Positions 48,284 to 57,530 of a stretch of DNA of 64,000 nt are shown here, one piece after another. The first letter of the stretch is position 1. Each line of letters begins with the position of its first letter. Source of the stretch: an uncultured cyanobacterium (GTDB lineage Bacteria > Cyanobacteriota > Cyanobacteriia > Cyanobacteriales > CAWUOF01); assembly GCA_963744145.1 (NCBI GenBank), contig CAVUSO010000001.1, positions 2,062,831-2,126,830 of the forward strand, read 5' to 3'. The notes below the pieces were generated by a model, which saw nothing but the letters and a program-made list of their open reading frames with translations, had not been told where the DNA came from and did not search any database. Made by a program: the position numbers and the translations under genes.

Positions 48284-48607
48284 TTAACGCCACAGTTTAT
48301 TTTCCAGATCACGCACCTGTCGTTCTAGACGGTCTAATCTCCCTCGGAGTTCATCCATTTCTGATTGACGAGGGACACCTAAGTCTTGCATCGCATTACG
48401 CAATTGACGCTGCATTTGGGCTTCAAATCCACCCTGTTCTGTCTTCATCTGCTGCATCAGGTCATCAACAAAACTTTTAGCCTGGTCTGGATTAAGTTTA
48501 CCATCTTTGACCCATTCATCGCTCACTTCCCGAATTTTTTCCGCTACTAATGAAGTAGTACCAATTCCAATCATGAGCAACTGTTTGATCCAGTTATTGC
48601 TATCCAT
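48284..48607 (-). CDS. Phasin-family (PHA-granule-associated-like) protein
   Basis: IGIGTTSLVAEKIREVSDEWVKDGKLNPDQAKSFVDDLMQQ… resembles the phasin family annotated in many cyanobacteria. C-terminal coiled coil. Confidence 0.5.
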   Translation of the reverse strand: MDSNNWIKQLLMIGIGTTSLVAEKIREVSDEWVKDGKLNPDQAKSFVDDLMQQMKTEQGGFEAQMQRQLRNAMQDLGVPRQSEMDELRGRLDRLERQVRDLENKLWR

Positions 48608-48743
48608 GCTGTGTTCCTGTTACTTTTTTAGCAAAGGGAGTTGAGCTGAGGTCTGCTAACCGACAATCTCCGGTACTTCCCCTCGCTCAGTCCAGGCTTA
48701 AATTATATTCTGTCATCAAATTTGCAGATTAGTCACTGATTAT

Positions 48744-49088
48744 ATGGCTGATTGTCCCCATTGTCATCAATCAATCCCCAGTCAGGCGATCGCTTGTCCC
48801 TACTGTCGGACGATCCTCAAAGCTTATGGTCATCCGGGGATTCCCCTTTATCACTCTCACAGTACAGAATTTCTCTGTCAGAGTTGCACCTATCATGAGG
48901 ATAATAGCTGTACCTTTCCTCAACGTCCTTTTGCTCGGGAATGTACTCTTTATTGCGATCGCTCCCAACCTCTGACTCAACCCCAATTTTCTCCTCCAGG
49001 ATTCCGACTGAGAATTTGGTGGGAAAGTTACCAAATTTGGGTAATTCTGCTGGTGATCTTAATTATCAGTTTACTCCTTTCTTTATAA
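48744..49088 (+). CDS. Zinc-ribbon protein with C-terminal TM anchor
   Basis: CPHCHQ…CPYCRT and further C-x2-C pairs. The C-terminal WVILLVILIISLLLSL is hydrophobic. Confidence 0.4.
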   Translation: MADCPHCHQSIPSQAIACPYCRTILKAYGHPGIPLYHSHSTEFLCQSCTYHEDNSCTFPQRPFARECTLYCDRSQPLTQPQFSPPGFRLRIWWESYQIWVILLVILIISLLLSL

Positions 49089-50543
49089 CCCAATGATCAC
49101 TCCACTACGAGATGGTAGACTTAAGGTTAAATAATCGGATTCTCCTTGACGAGACCAAGCAATGTCTCCTGCACCATATAATAACTGATCGGGCTGAGAT
49201 TTTAAGGCAGTTACGGCAAAATTAACTGTTTCAGGATTATTACCAATATTTACAGCAACAATAATTTCTTCTGTTGCTAAAATCCGGGCAAAAACATAAA
49301 CATTTGTTTCGGCAAAAAGTACCTGATAAGCACCCGTCCGAAGAGCAGGATATTGGTGACGTAGAGCGATTAATTTTTGATGATATGCCAAAACCTCCCT
49401 ATTCCAATTAGATTCTAAGGGAAAACCACGCCGAGAATCCGGATCTAAACGACCTGGTAAACCAACTTCATCCCCATAGTAAATACTCGGAGCGCCGGGA
49501 TAGGTTAATAATAATAATGTGGCTAAGTGAACACTACTTTGATCATCTTTAGCGATCGAAATTAGTCTTGCTGTATCATGACTAGCTAATAAATTGAGTT
49601 GAGTTAGTTGAATTTCCCAAGGGTATAATTTCAGTAAATCTTCGATTTTTTTAGCATATTCATCAGCTAACAAAGCTGGATAAGGTTGATAAGCACGATC
49701 CTTGACTAAATCCATCTCCACCCGATCGCCCGTAGTAAAAGCAATTGTTGGTGCTGTAAATAAATAATTCATTACCCCATCAAATTGATGACCATCTAAC
49801 CAGATCCGAGCATCAGTCCAAACTTCACCAACAATATAAGCTTCTGGATTAATTGCTTTGACGCGATCGCGAAATTCTTGCCAAAATCCGGAAACTTTAA
49901 TCTCATAAGGTACATCTAATCTCCAACCATCAATGCCGAATTGAATCCAATATTCGGCAATTTGCATGAGATATTCCCGCACTTCTGGATTATTATGATT
50001 AAATACGGGTAAAGCGCGATTACCTGCCCAACCTTGATAATTAGCAGGAAAATCACCATTATAGGCACAAATCGGCCATTGGTCAACTTTAAACCAATTG
50101 AGCCAAGGTGAATGAGGACCATTTTCTAGAATATCATGAAAACCGAAAAACCCACGACTAGCATGATTAAACACACCATCCAGCACAACTTTAATTTGTC
50201 GTTGATGCGCTGCATCTAGTAATTCTTGAAAAGCCTGATTTCCGCCCAAAACGGGATCGACTTGATAATAATCATGGGTATGATAACGATGATTACAAGC
50301 AGATTGAAAAATCGGTGTAAAATAAATTGCATTAATACCTAAACTTTGCAAATAATCTAATTTTTCAATTACCCCCCATAAATCACCACCTTTATAACCT
50401 TGTAAAGTAGGAAGCGCATCCCAATCTTCCCAAGTAGCATTTTGTAGTAATCGCTGGTGTGATTTTTGACTTTTGGCAAATCGATCTGGAAAAATTTGAT
50501 AAAAAACCGCGTGTTTAACCCAATCTGGGGTATAAATTCCCAT
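49083..50543 (-). CDS. GH13 alpha-amylase-family glycoside hydrolase (alpha-glucosidase/maltodextrinase-like)
   Basis: GH13 conserved regions: GINAIYFTPIF, VVLDGVFNHAS, GWRLDV, YIVGEVW, LLASHD. Confidence 0.8.
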   Translation of the reverse strand: MGIYTPDWVKHAVFYQIFPDRFAKSQKSHQRLLQNATWEDWDALPTLQGYKGGDLWGVIEKLDYLQSLGINAIYFTPIFQSACNHRYHTHDYYQVDPVLGGNQAFQELLDAAHQRQIKVVLDGVFNHASRGFFGFHDILENGPHSPWLNWFKVDQWPICAYNGDFPANYQGWAGNRALPVFNHNNPEVREYLMQIAEYWIQFGIDGWRLDVPYEIKVSGFWQEFRDRVKAINPEAYIVGEVWTDARIWLDGHQFDGVMNYLFTAPTIAFTTGDRVEMDLVKDRAYQPYPALLADEYAKKIEDLLKLYPWEIQLTQLNLLASHDTARLISIAKDDQSSVHLATLLLLTYPGAPSIYYGDEVGLPGRLDPDSRRGFPLESNWNREVLAYHQKLIALRHQYPALRTGAYQVLFAETNVYVFARILATEEIIVAVNIGNNPETVNFAVTALKSQPDQLLYGAGDIAWSRQGESDYLTLSLPSRSGVIIGL

Positions 50544-50589
50544 TCATCTAGCCTCCCAGGATACAACTTTTTCAGAAAATTAGGTCAAT

Positions 50590-50725
50590 TTAATCCAATC
50601 CGGTTCTAGGAGCAAAGCATTCGGGCGATAATTAATCGCTTAAATCCGTTAATATTATATCCGAATGCTGATGCCGTAGGCATCGCTACGCGAACGCCCT
50701 TCTTCTTCGATATCTCCTAAAAACG
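50590..50725. repeat. Hairpin repeat copy (AGCAAAGCATTCGGGCG…ATCCGAATGCT) preceding the tandem array
   Basis: Same family as the copies at 5771 and 18211. The 3' arm is degenerate. Confidence 0.55.
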
Positions 50726-51262
50726 CCTTAACTGAATGTATTTTAATATCTAGTTGATCTGTTGGCTGCATACATGGTGAGGGCAAAGCATTTCGGTAAT
50801 ATTATGCTTCCCTTCGACTACGCCCTTCGACTCCGCTCAGGGTAAACTCAGGGTAAACGTTTCAACCATCATTTATGCGCCGAAATGCTTTGCCCCTACG
50901 GTTAACGCCTTAACTGAATGTATTTTAATATCTAGTTGATCTGTTGGCTGCATACATGGTGAGGGCAAAGCATTTCGGTAATATTATGCTTCCCTTCGAC
51001 TACGCCCTTCGACTCCGCTCAGGGTAAACTCAGGGTAAACGTTTCAACCATCATTTATGCGCCGAAATGCTTTGCCCCTACGGTTAACGCCTTAACTGAA
51101 TGTATTTTAATATCTAGTTGATCTGTTGGCTGCATACATGGTGAGGGCAAAGCATTTCGGTAATATTATGCTTCCCTTCGACTACGCCCTTCGACTCCGC
51201 TCAGGGTAAACTCAGGGTAAACGTTTCAGCCATCATTTATGCGCCGAAATGCTTTGCCCCTA
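50726..51262. repeat. Tandem array: 3 copies of a 182-183-bp composite unit (long hairpin arms GGGCAAAGCATTTCGG / CCGAAATGCTTTGCCC flanking SDR units)
   Basis: Unit starts (cttaactgaatgtattttaatatctagttgatctg) are at 50726, 50909 and 51091. The copies are near-identical. The array has no unique spacers, so it is not a CRISPR. Confidence 0.85.
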
Positions 51263-51295
51263 CTTTCTATATCAGCTACCGCAGTAGGAGATATT

Positions 51296-51583
51296 TCAAT
51301 CTGGTAAACCATATTTTTCGTGGAGTTCTGCAAATGCTTGTTTTAGAGGTATCCCTTTTCCTTGCTCAAATTCTGCCATACTTTTGCCGATACCCACAAT
51401 CGACTCCAGTAACTCAATCCGATCGAGAAGTTGCTGGTAACCTTCAGCATCTTGAACAACAGCAGCAGCTTTACCATTAACAGTCAGAACTATTGGGGCT
51501 TTAGTTTCTTTAAGTCTTGTCAGGAAAGCTTTCGCACCCCGTTGGAACTCGGAGAGAGGATAGATGTCACTCAAACTGAGCAT
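51296..51583 (-). CDS. Phd/YefM-family antitoxin (orphan; no toxin ORF downstream)
   Basis: PLSEFQRGAKAFLTRLKETKAPIVLTVNGKAAAVVQDAEGYQQLLDRIELLE is a canonical Phd/YefM sequence. Its 3' neighbour is the tandem repeat array rather than a toxin. Confidence 0.7.
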   Translation of the reverse strand: MLSLSDIYPLSEFQRGAKAFLTRLKETKAPIVLTVNGKAAAVVQDAEGYQQLLDRIELLESIVGIGKSMAEFEQGKGIPLKQAFAELHEKYGLPD

Positions 51584-51832
51584 AATATTTTCAAAAAATT
51601 ATTTGATAATTTCATGCTAACAGTTGGCAATTGTTTTGTCTATGGTGCGATCGCGAAGCGTTGCGGCTCTTGGGATCGTTTGTTTGTGGGGTAGCCCGCT
51701 TGGGAGAATTTGGCAGGGTGATTGCTGCGATCGGAGAATTATCATTCCTAAATGGCGATTTAATCACAGAATTGAACCCAATACAGTGACACTATAACTA
51801 TAATAGAATCAATTCCTCTCCTCTCAAACACC

Positions 51833-52090
51833 ATGCAAATTATTTTGCCACCTGAAGCCGAAGCCCTCGTACAGCGTCAACTTATGAGTGGCAAATATCA
51901 AAGCGCGATCGAAGTTATCCTCGCGGGTATTCAACTACTCGAACAGCCAGAAGATATTTATCAGGGACGACTCTCTGAACTCCAACGAGATGCAATGCTT
52001 GGCTGGGAAGCATCCCAACGCGGTCAAGTTGTAGATGGTCCGACAGCTATAGAACAAATTCGTACTAATCTACGATCGGACAAGATGTAG
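51833..52090 (+). CDS. ParD-like (RHH, PF03693-type) antitoxin (orphan)
   Basis: LPPEAEALVQRQLMSGKYQSAIEVILAGIQLLEQ matches ParD/UPF0156. No ParE-like ORF follows. Confidence 0.55.
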   Translation: MQIILPPEAEALVQRQLMSGKYQSAIEVILAGIQLLEQPEDIYQGRLSELQRDAMLGWEASQRGQVVDGPTAIEQIRTNLRSDKM

Positions 52091-52188
52091 AATCGAGATT
52101 TATCAACTCTGTTCACAGATGAAGAAATTTAATCAAAAATAAAATCTCGATCAGCAGGGGCGTATCAACCTACGCCCCAAATTTTTAG

Positions 52189-52560
52189 TTATAAAGAATC
52201 TAGATCAAGCGATCGCGATCCACCTTTTTCTAACTGATTTAACAGTTTACCTAACTGCACCCAAACTAACCCAGCAATCAGCACCGTTAGTGGTAAAGAA
52301 AGCTGGTAGGACATAGTTTTCGGAAACCCAAAAACCTCTAATCCAGCCGATAAAAATAAACCAATTCCGATCGTAATCCCCAAAAAAGGAATTCCTAATA
52401 ACGTCCCTTGGATATTAGATAGAGAATGGGTAGAACGGTTTTTTGACCACTCATGTACCTGTTGTTTGAGACTTGATTGAAATGCTAACCCTGATGTTAA
52501 AGCAATTAGCAGCCCAGCTAACAGTAAAACATAGGGAGGGTCAGGAAAATAATAGTACAA
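52189..52560 (-). CDS. Hypothetical small membrane protein (3-4 TM)
   Basis: Hydrophobicity pattern only. Confidence 0.35.
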   Translation of the reverse strand: MYYYFPDPPYVLLLAGLLIALTSGLAFQSSLKQQVHEWSKNRSTHSLSNIQGTLLGIPFLGITIGIGLFLSAGLEVFGFPKTMSYQLSLPLTVLIAGLVWVQLGKLLNQLEKGGSRSLDLDSL

Positions 52561-52596
52561 GTAGGCACTCCTTACATCAGATTAACTACACTAAAT

Positions 52597-54348
52597 TCAC
52601 TTCTGATTAAACGCTGTAAAAGCAACTGTTGGCAATACCGTAGCTGCTCCCTCCGTCGAAAATCCAGCTAACGCACCTAAAGCCGCATTCCACCAACGAG
52701 ATGGTTGTAAATCATCTTTAACTAAGTCCCATAAACGACGAACTTCTTCTGTGTGAAGACGATCATCTTCAATCAATGCAAGTAACAATTGTTTGCGGAG
52801 AAATGCTCCTTCATCAGAAAGTAAATATTGTAACCCCATCCCCGCAGTTGGTAGTAGATCAAATTTAGTATCTGAACGGGCGATCGCGATCATATTTTCC
52901 AGTCTTTCCCACTGAAATTTACCATTTTTAAACAATACATTAATTAGGCGTCGGCGCAACTCGGGCGATTCTCCCATCAGTAAACGTCTGGCTACATAAG
53001 GATAGGCAACTTCGACAATTTTGAAGTCCGGATTTATGCTTAAGGCTAATCCTTCCTGTGTCACTAAAGAGCGAATAATTAAAGCAAACTTCGCGGGTAC
53101 ACGGAAAGGATAATCATACATTAACTCACTAAAGCGATCGGTAATAGTTTTGAAGTTAAAATCCCGGACTTTTTCGCCGATAATATCCCCCAATACGGAT
53201 TCTAAAGCTGGCACAATCGGCAGAATATCGGTTTCTGGGGTCAGAAAACCTAATTTCACAAAGTCTTCAGCTAAATCTAGATAGTCTTTATTGATCAGAT
53301 GTACTACGGCATCTACTAAATTTTCTTTAGTAGTTTCCTCCAATTGATCCATCATCCCAAAATCAATATAAGCCATTCTCCCACTGTGGATCAAATGACC
53401 AGAATTTGCTTCACCCTCAACCGTACATTGAGGTGGAAGAGCAAAAAGATTACCTGGATGGGGGTCAGCATGGAAAAATCCGTATTCTAACAGTTGCTGT
53501 AATCCCGAAGTTACACCGATCCGAATCAGTGCATCTGGATCTAACCCCGCTTGGGCAAGTTTGTGAGCGTCAGTCAGTTTAAATCCATGAATCCATTCTA
53601 GAGTCAGAACGCGGTTACTACTATAACGCCAGTAGATCCTCGGTACTTTGATATTAGGCTCATTGCGGAAATTGGCGGCAAATTTTTCGGCGTTACGACC
53701 TTCATTGTGATAATCTATTTCTTCAAATAGTTTGATGCCAAATTCATCGACAATCAAACTTAAATCATGCCCAAGATTTAAGGGTAGCCAGGGAGCCATC
53801 CAACTAGCAGCCCAGCGCATGAGATATAAGTCTAAAGTTAGTGTGGGTAGTAAATTAGGACGTTGAACTTTGACCGCTACTTCTTCACCACTGTGCAGAC
53901 GAGCTTGATAAACTTGTCCCAAACTAGCCGCAGCAACGGGAATGGGGGAAATTTGCTGATAAATCTCTTCAATGGTTCGCTCTAGTTCAGTTTCGATCAA
54001 CTCCAGTGCGATCGCATTATCAAAGGGCGGAAGTTGGTCTTGTAACTTCACTAACTCTTCTAAATAGTCTTTGTGAATTAAATCCGGTCTGGTGGACAAA
54101 GCTTGACCAACTTTGATAAAAGTAGGGCCAAGGTCTGTCAAAATATGCCGGAGCTGCTCGGCTCGCTGAGATTTATGTTCCCCCGCTTGATGTTGCCATT
54201 GATCCCAGAGGAAACCCAGCATAAATCCCGCAAAATTCCAAAAAATGCTTAACATTCGCCAGAAAGCTTGCCAAGGACGACGACGATAATAGCGGGCGAT
54301 CGCTTCTGGATCGTAACGCTTCATCTGAGCGAGTGGATGCTGACTCAC
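52597..54348 (-). CDS. ABC1/UbiB/ADCK-family atypical kinase
   Basis: PIPVAAASLGQVYQARLHSGEEVAVKVQRPN (AAASxAQVH…VAVKVQxP), HADPHPGN and IDFGMM are all present, as in ABC1 kinases. Confidence 0.8.
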   Translation of the reverse strand: MSQHPLAQMKRYDPEAIARYYRRRPWQAFWRMLSIFWNFAGFMLGFLWDQWQHQAGEHKSQRAEQLRHILTDLGPTFIKVGQALSTRPDLIHKDYLEELVKLQDQLPPFDNAIALELIETELERTIEEIYQQISPIPVAAASLGQVYQARLHSGEEVAVKVQRPNLLPTLTLDLYLMRWAASWMAPWLPLNLGHDLSLIVDEFGIKLFEEIDYHNEGRNAEKFAANFRNEPNIKVPRIYWRYSSNRVLTLEWIHGFKLTDAHKLAQAGLDPDALIRIGVTSGLQQLLEYGFFHADPHPGNLFALPPQCTVEGEANSGHLIHSGRMAYIDFGMMDQLEETTKENLVDAVVHLINKDYLDLAEDFVKLGFLTPETDILPIVPALESVLGDIIGEKVRDFNFKTITDRFSELMYDYPFRVPAKFALIIRSLVTQEGLALSINPDFKIVEVAYPYVARRLLMGESPELRRRLINVLFKNGKFQWERLENMIAIARSDTKFDLLPTAGMGLQYLLSDEGAFLRKQLLLALIEDDRLHTEEVRRLWDLVKDDLQPSRWWNAALGALAGFSTEGAATVLPTVAFTAFNQK

Positions 54349-54534
54349 GCTTTCAGTGCCTCTAAAAGTAATTTTTTTGAACTTATTTAAACATTACCCG
54401 TTTAGCTAGGCTAACGAGTTAAATTAACTGTTTATATTTTTTGATCAGTTTACAAAACTATATACTATTTAGCACCTACTTTTGCCCTAATTTAACAATC
54501 TTTTCCGTAAAAATGCCTATTCCCTCAATTAACC

Positions 54535-54660
54535 TATTTAATTCTGGGAAAGATTGTGGGACAGACATCTTGTCTGTCCAATAAACTATTTAATTCTGGG
54601 AAAAATTGTGGGACAGACATCTTGTCTGTCCAATAAACTATTTAATTCTGGGAAAAATTG
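54535..54660. repeat. About 2.4 tandem copies of a 53-bp unit containing the perfect palindrome GGGACAGACATCTTGTCTGTCC
   Basis: The palindromes are at 54558-54579 and 54610-54631. The array lies between the 3' end of the aminotransferase gene and the 5' region of the ABC1 kinase gene. Confidence 0.75.
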
Positions 54661-54684
54661 TTGGACTGATGGTAGGAGAAACCC

Positions 54685-55872
54685 CTAATTCTCCGAGAGG
54701 AATAATAAAGAATCTTTTAAGCCATACACAATTTGCTCTTGTTCAGTTACCGACAGTTCGGGAAACATTGGTAAAGACAAAACCTCGTGGGATATTTGTT
54801 CAGCGATCGGGAATTGACCCGGTTGATAGCCCAAATTTTGGTAAACTGACTGTAAATGGAGTGGAATTGGATAGTAGACCATCGAATTAATTCCCCGTTT
54901 TTGCAACTGGACTTGGATCGAGTCTCTTAGTCTAATCGGGGATAGGGCATCTTGACTTTTCAGGCGAATTGTGTATTGATTCCAGACAGCTTGACCTCCG
55001 ACTGGTTCTTGGGGCAGAATTATTCCTGGAACGGGATTAAGTAATTGATGATAACGGGTAGCGATCGCGCGACGTGCATCATTCCACAGATCTAGGTAAC
55101 GTAACTTAATTTGCAGAATTGCAGCTTGGAGAGAATCCAAGCGACTATTGATACCAGTTTCTTCATGATAATAACGCTGACGACTACCATGTTCCTTCAA
55201 CATTCGCATTTTCGCCGCGAGGGTAGAATCGGATGTAGTGCAAGCTCCTCCATCACCACAAGCACCGAGATTTTTGGTGGGGAAAAAACTAAAACAACCA
55301 ATATCACCCATACTACCCACTTTTTGACCAGCCCACTCCGCCCCAATTGCTTGGGCACAATCTTCAATGACAGGGATACCGCGATCGCGAGCAATGGACA
55401 TTAAACTCGTCATTTCGACGGGATGTCCAAACAAATGGACTGGAATGATTGCCCGAGTTTTAGGGGTAATAGCTGCGGCTAATTGATTGACATTTATATT
55501 AAAAGTTTGGGGGTAAATATCCACAAAAACTGGTGTAGCCCCAGTAATGCTAATTACCTCAGCTGTAGCAATAAAGGTAAAAGGTGTGGTGATCACCTCA
55601 TCTCCAGGACCAATATTCAGAGCGCGTAAAGCCAGGTATAAGGCATCAGTACCAGAATTACAGGTTATACATTGAGAAACACCAATGTAACTAGCTAACT
55701 GTTGCTCAAAGTCTTGGACTACGGGACCACCAATATAGCGTCCAGAGGACAAAACTTTTAACACCGCAGCATTAACCTCTTCACCAATTATTGCGTACTG
55801 CCTGGTTAAGTCAAGGGTTGGTATGTTATTCACTCGCGCTACACCATAATTTTGCATTATCCATAACATCAA
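54685..55872 (-). CDS. DegT/DnrJ/EryC1/StrS-family PLP-dependent sugar aminotransferase
   Basis: GDEVITTPFTFIATAEVI and the FFPTKNLG lysine region are present. Length ~390 aa. The start may be an internal Met. Confidence 0.8.
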   Translation of the reverse strand: MMLWIMQNYGVARVNNIPTLDLTRQYAIIGEEVNAAVLKVLSSGRYIGGPVVQDFEQQLASYIGVSQCITCNSGTDALYLALRALNIGPGDEVITTPFTFIATAEVISITGATPVFVDIYPQTFNINVNQLAAAITPKTRAIIPVHLFGHPVEMTSLMSIARDRGIPVIEDCAQAIGAEWAGQKVGSMGDIGCFSFFPTKNLGACGDGGACTTSDSTLAAKMRMLKEHGSRQRYYHEETGINSRLDSLQAAILQIKLRYLDLWNDARRAIATRYHQLLNPVPGIILPQEPVGGQAVWNQYTIRLKSQDALSPIRLRDSIQVQLQKRGINSMVYYPIPLHLQSVYQNLGYQPGQFPIAEQISHEVLSLPMFPELSVTEQEQIVYGLKDSLLFLSEN

Positions 55873-55949
55873 ATTTCGTTCAGAATGGAAACTAGGGTGG
55901 CTAGTGCTATGTCAAAATTGAACCAGCTACCCAGAAAAGTCCTGCAAGT

Positions 55950-56588
55950 ATGAGCGTTACTGTTTCCATTCAAGCTATTGTCCTTACCCCAGGTAGTCAT
56001 ATTACTATCCCTAATCTCTCTTGGCAAGATTTTGAAAGTATCCTGGCTGATTTAGGAGAAAAACGCAATACCCGTTTCGCTTATTATCAAGGTATTCTGG
56101 AAATTATGTCCCCGTTAGCATTACATGAACGTCCTCATCGAATTATTGGGGATATTGTCAAAACTCTGCTTGATCTCCAAGGACGTAATTGGGAAGATTT
56201 TGGCTCTACCACTCTCAAACGTCCCCAAATTGCTGGGATTGAACCTGATACCTGTTTCTATATTCAGAATGCTGACCGGATGCAAGGTTGTACCAATCTT
56301 AATTTAGCAGACTACCCACCTCCGGATTTGGCGATCGAGTGTGATGTGACCTCAAAAACAACTTTAGGTGCTTATACTGAGCTGGGAGTTCCTGAACTAT
56401 GGATTTATAGTGATCGTCAACTAAAAATTTACCTTCTTGATAATGATAACTATCATGAATCTCTGATCGGTTTAAGTTTTCCTGATCTTCCCTTAACTAC
56501 CATGATTCCCCAGCTAGTTGAACAAGCGATTAATCTGGGAACTAGTCAAATGCTGCGGGGTTTAAAAAATCAATTTCGCTCGGAATAG
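55950..56588 (+). CDS. Uma2-family (DUF820) endonuclease-like protein
   Basis: ITIPNLSWQDFESILADLGEKRNTRFAYYQGILEIMSPLALHE… and IECDVTS (PD-(D/E)xK-like) are present. Confidence 0.7.
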   Translation: MSVTVSIQAIVLTPGSHITIPNLSWQDFESILADLGEKRNTRFAYYQGILEIMSPLALHERPHRIIGDIVKTLLDLQGRNWEDFGSTTLKRPQIAGIEPDTCFYIQNADRMQGCTNLNLADYPPPDLAIECDVTSKTTLGAYTELGVPELWIYSDRQLKIYLLDNDNYHESLIGLSFPDLPLTTMIPQLVEQAINLGTSQMLRGLKNQFRSE

Positions 56589-56709
56589 ACCTCTTGCAAA
56601 AATAAATAGGACAGGCAAGATGCCTGTCCCACCAGAATCAATAACTTTTGTGGGACAGGCATCTTGCCTGTCAATAACATAGATCAATAAGGACTTTTGC
56701 AAGAGGTCT
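56587..56709. repeat. Compound palindromic element: 15-bp inverted repeats (AGACCTCTTGCAAAA / TTTTGCAAGAGGTCT) enclosing two GGACAGGCA(A/T)GATGCCTGTCC hairpins
   Basis: The inverted repeats are at 56587-56601 and 56695-56709. The hairpins are at 56609-56629 and 56652-56672. The element lies in the intergenic region between the Uma2 and FetB-like genes. Confidence 0.7.
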
Positions 56710-56742
56710 AATGAATCGCAGTTTTCCTTACTCCAAAAAACA

Positions 56743-57519
56743 GTGAATGTTATTCAATTAGATATTACTCAATTATTAATCGCCGCAGGATTGATGCTGA
56801 TGGCGATCGCGCTTTCGGCTTGGGAAAAGCTAGGATTAGAATGGAATTTGGCACTTGCTACTGGTCGAACGATCATTCAACTTTTAGTGGTCGGGTATGT
56901 TCTCGAAATAGTTTTTGCTTTCAAAAATCCTTGGGCAGTGTTAACTATTTTGGTAATAATGTTAACGATCGCTACTCTAGTTACTCGGAATCGGATTGGC
57001 AAAAAGATACCGAGGTCGTTACCATTAGTATGGGGTGCAATTTTTGTCAGTACAGCCATCACTTTGAGTTATACTATTTTCCTAGTAATTCGACCAGAAA
57101 TTTGGTATGAACCAAAATATATTGTGCCCTTAGCTGGAATAGTTTTGGGTAATGCAATGAATTCAGCTGCGATCGCTGGAGAACGTCTGGTGAGTACAAT
57201 TTGTTCTAGTTATCTAGAAATTGAAACTCATTTAAGTTTAGGTGCTACCCCACAACAATCGATTACCCAATATCGTCAAGAAGCGATCAAAGCTGGACTG
57301 ATTCCCATTCTGAATCAAATGATGGTGGTGGGTGTAGTCACCTTACCAGGAACCATTACTGGACAATTACTGGGGGATGTGAGTCCTCTGAATGCCGCAG
57401 CTTATCAAATGCTGATCATGTTTATGTTAGCTTTTACAAGCTTAGTTGCTACTGTCATCCTGACTCACGGTCTTTATCGACAGTTTTTTAATTCCGCAGC
57501 TCAATTGCTCAGATATTAG
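56743..57519 (+). CDS. UPF0014/FetB(YbbM)-family ABC-type permease
   Basis: 258 aa, about 7 TM. The sequence pattern (…GLEWNLALATGRTIIQLLVVGYVLE…LGATPQQSITQYRQEAIKAGLIP…) resembles FetB/YbbM iron-export permeases. Confidence 0.5.
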   Translation: MNVIQLDITQLLIAAGLMLMAIALSAWEKLGLEWNLALATGRTIIQLLVVGYVLEIVFAFKNPWAVLTILVIMLTIATLVTRNRIGKKIPRSLPLVWGAIFVSTAITLSYTIFLVIRPEIWYEPKYIVPLAGIVLGNAMNSAAIAGERLVSTICSSYLEIETHLSLGATPQQSITQYRQEAIKAGLIPILNQMMVVGVVTLPGTITGQLLGDVSPLNAAAYQMLIMFMLAFTSLVATVILTHGLYRQFFNSAAQLLRY

Positions 57520-57530
57520 TTCCCTAGCAC

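Noticed and set aside
50726-51262. Possible CRISPR array (regular direct repeats)
   Set aside because: The repeat unit is 183 bp and the copies are near-identical end to end. There are no short repeats alternating with unique spacers, and no cas genes nearby.
54606-54890. 94-aa plus-strand ORF overlapping the 3' end of the DegT aminotransferase gene
   Set aside because: It begins inside the palindromic repeat array and overlaps a strongly supported gene on the other strand. No motifs.
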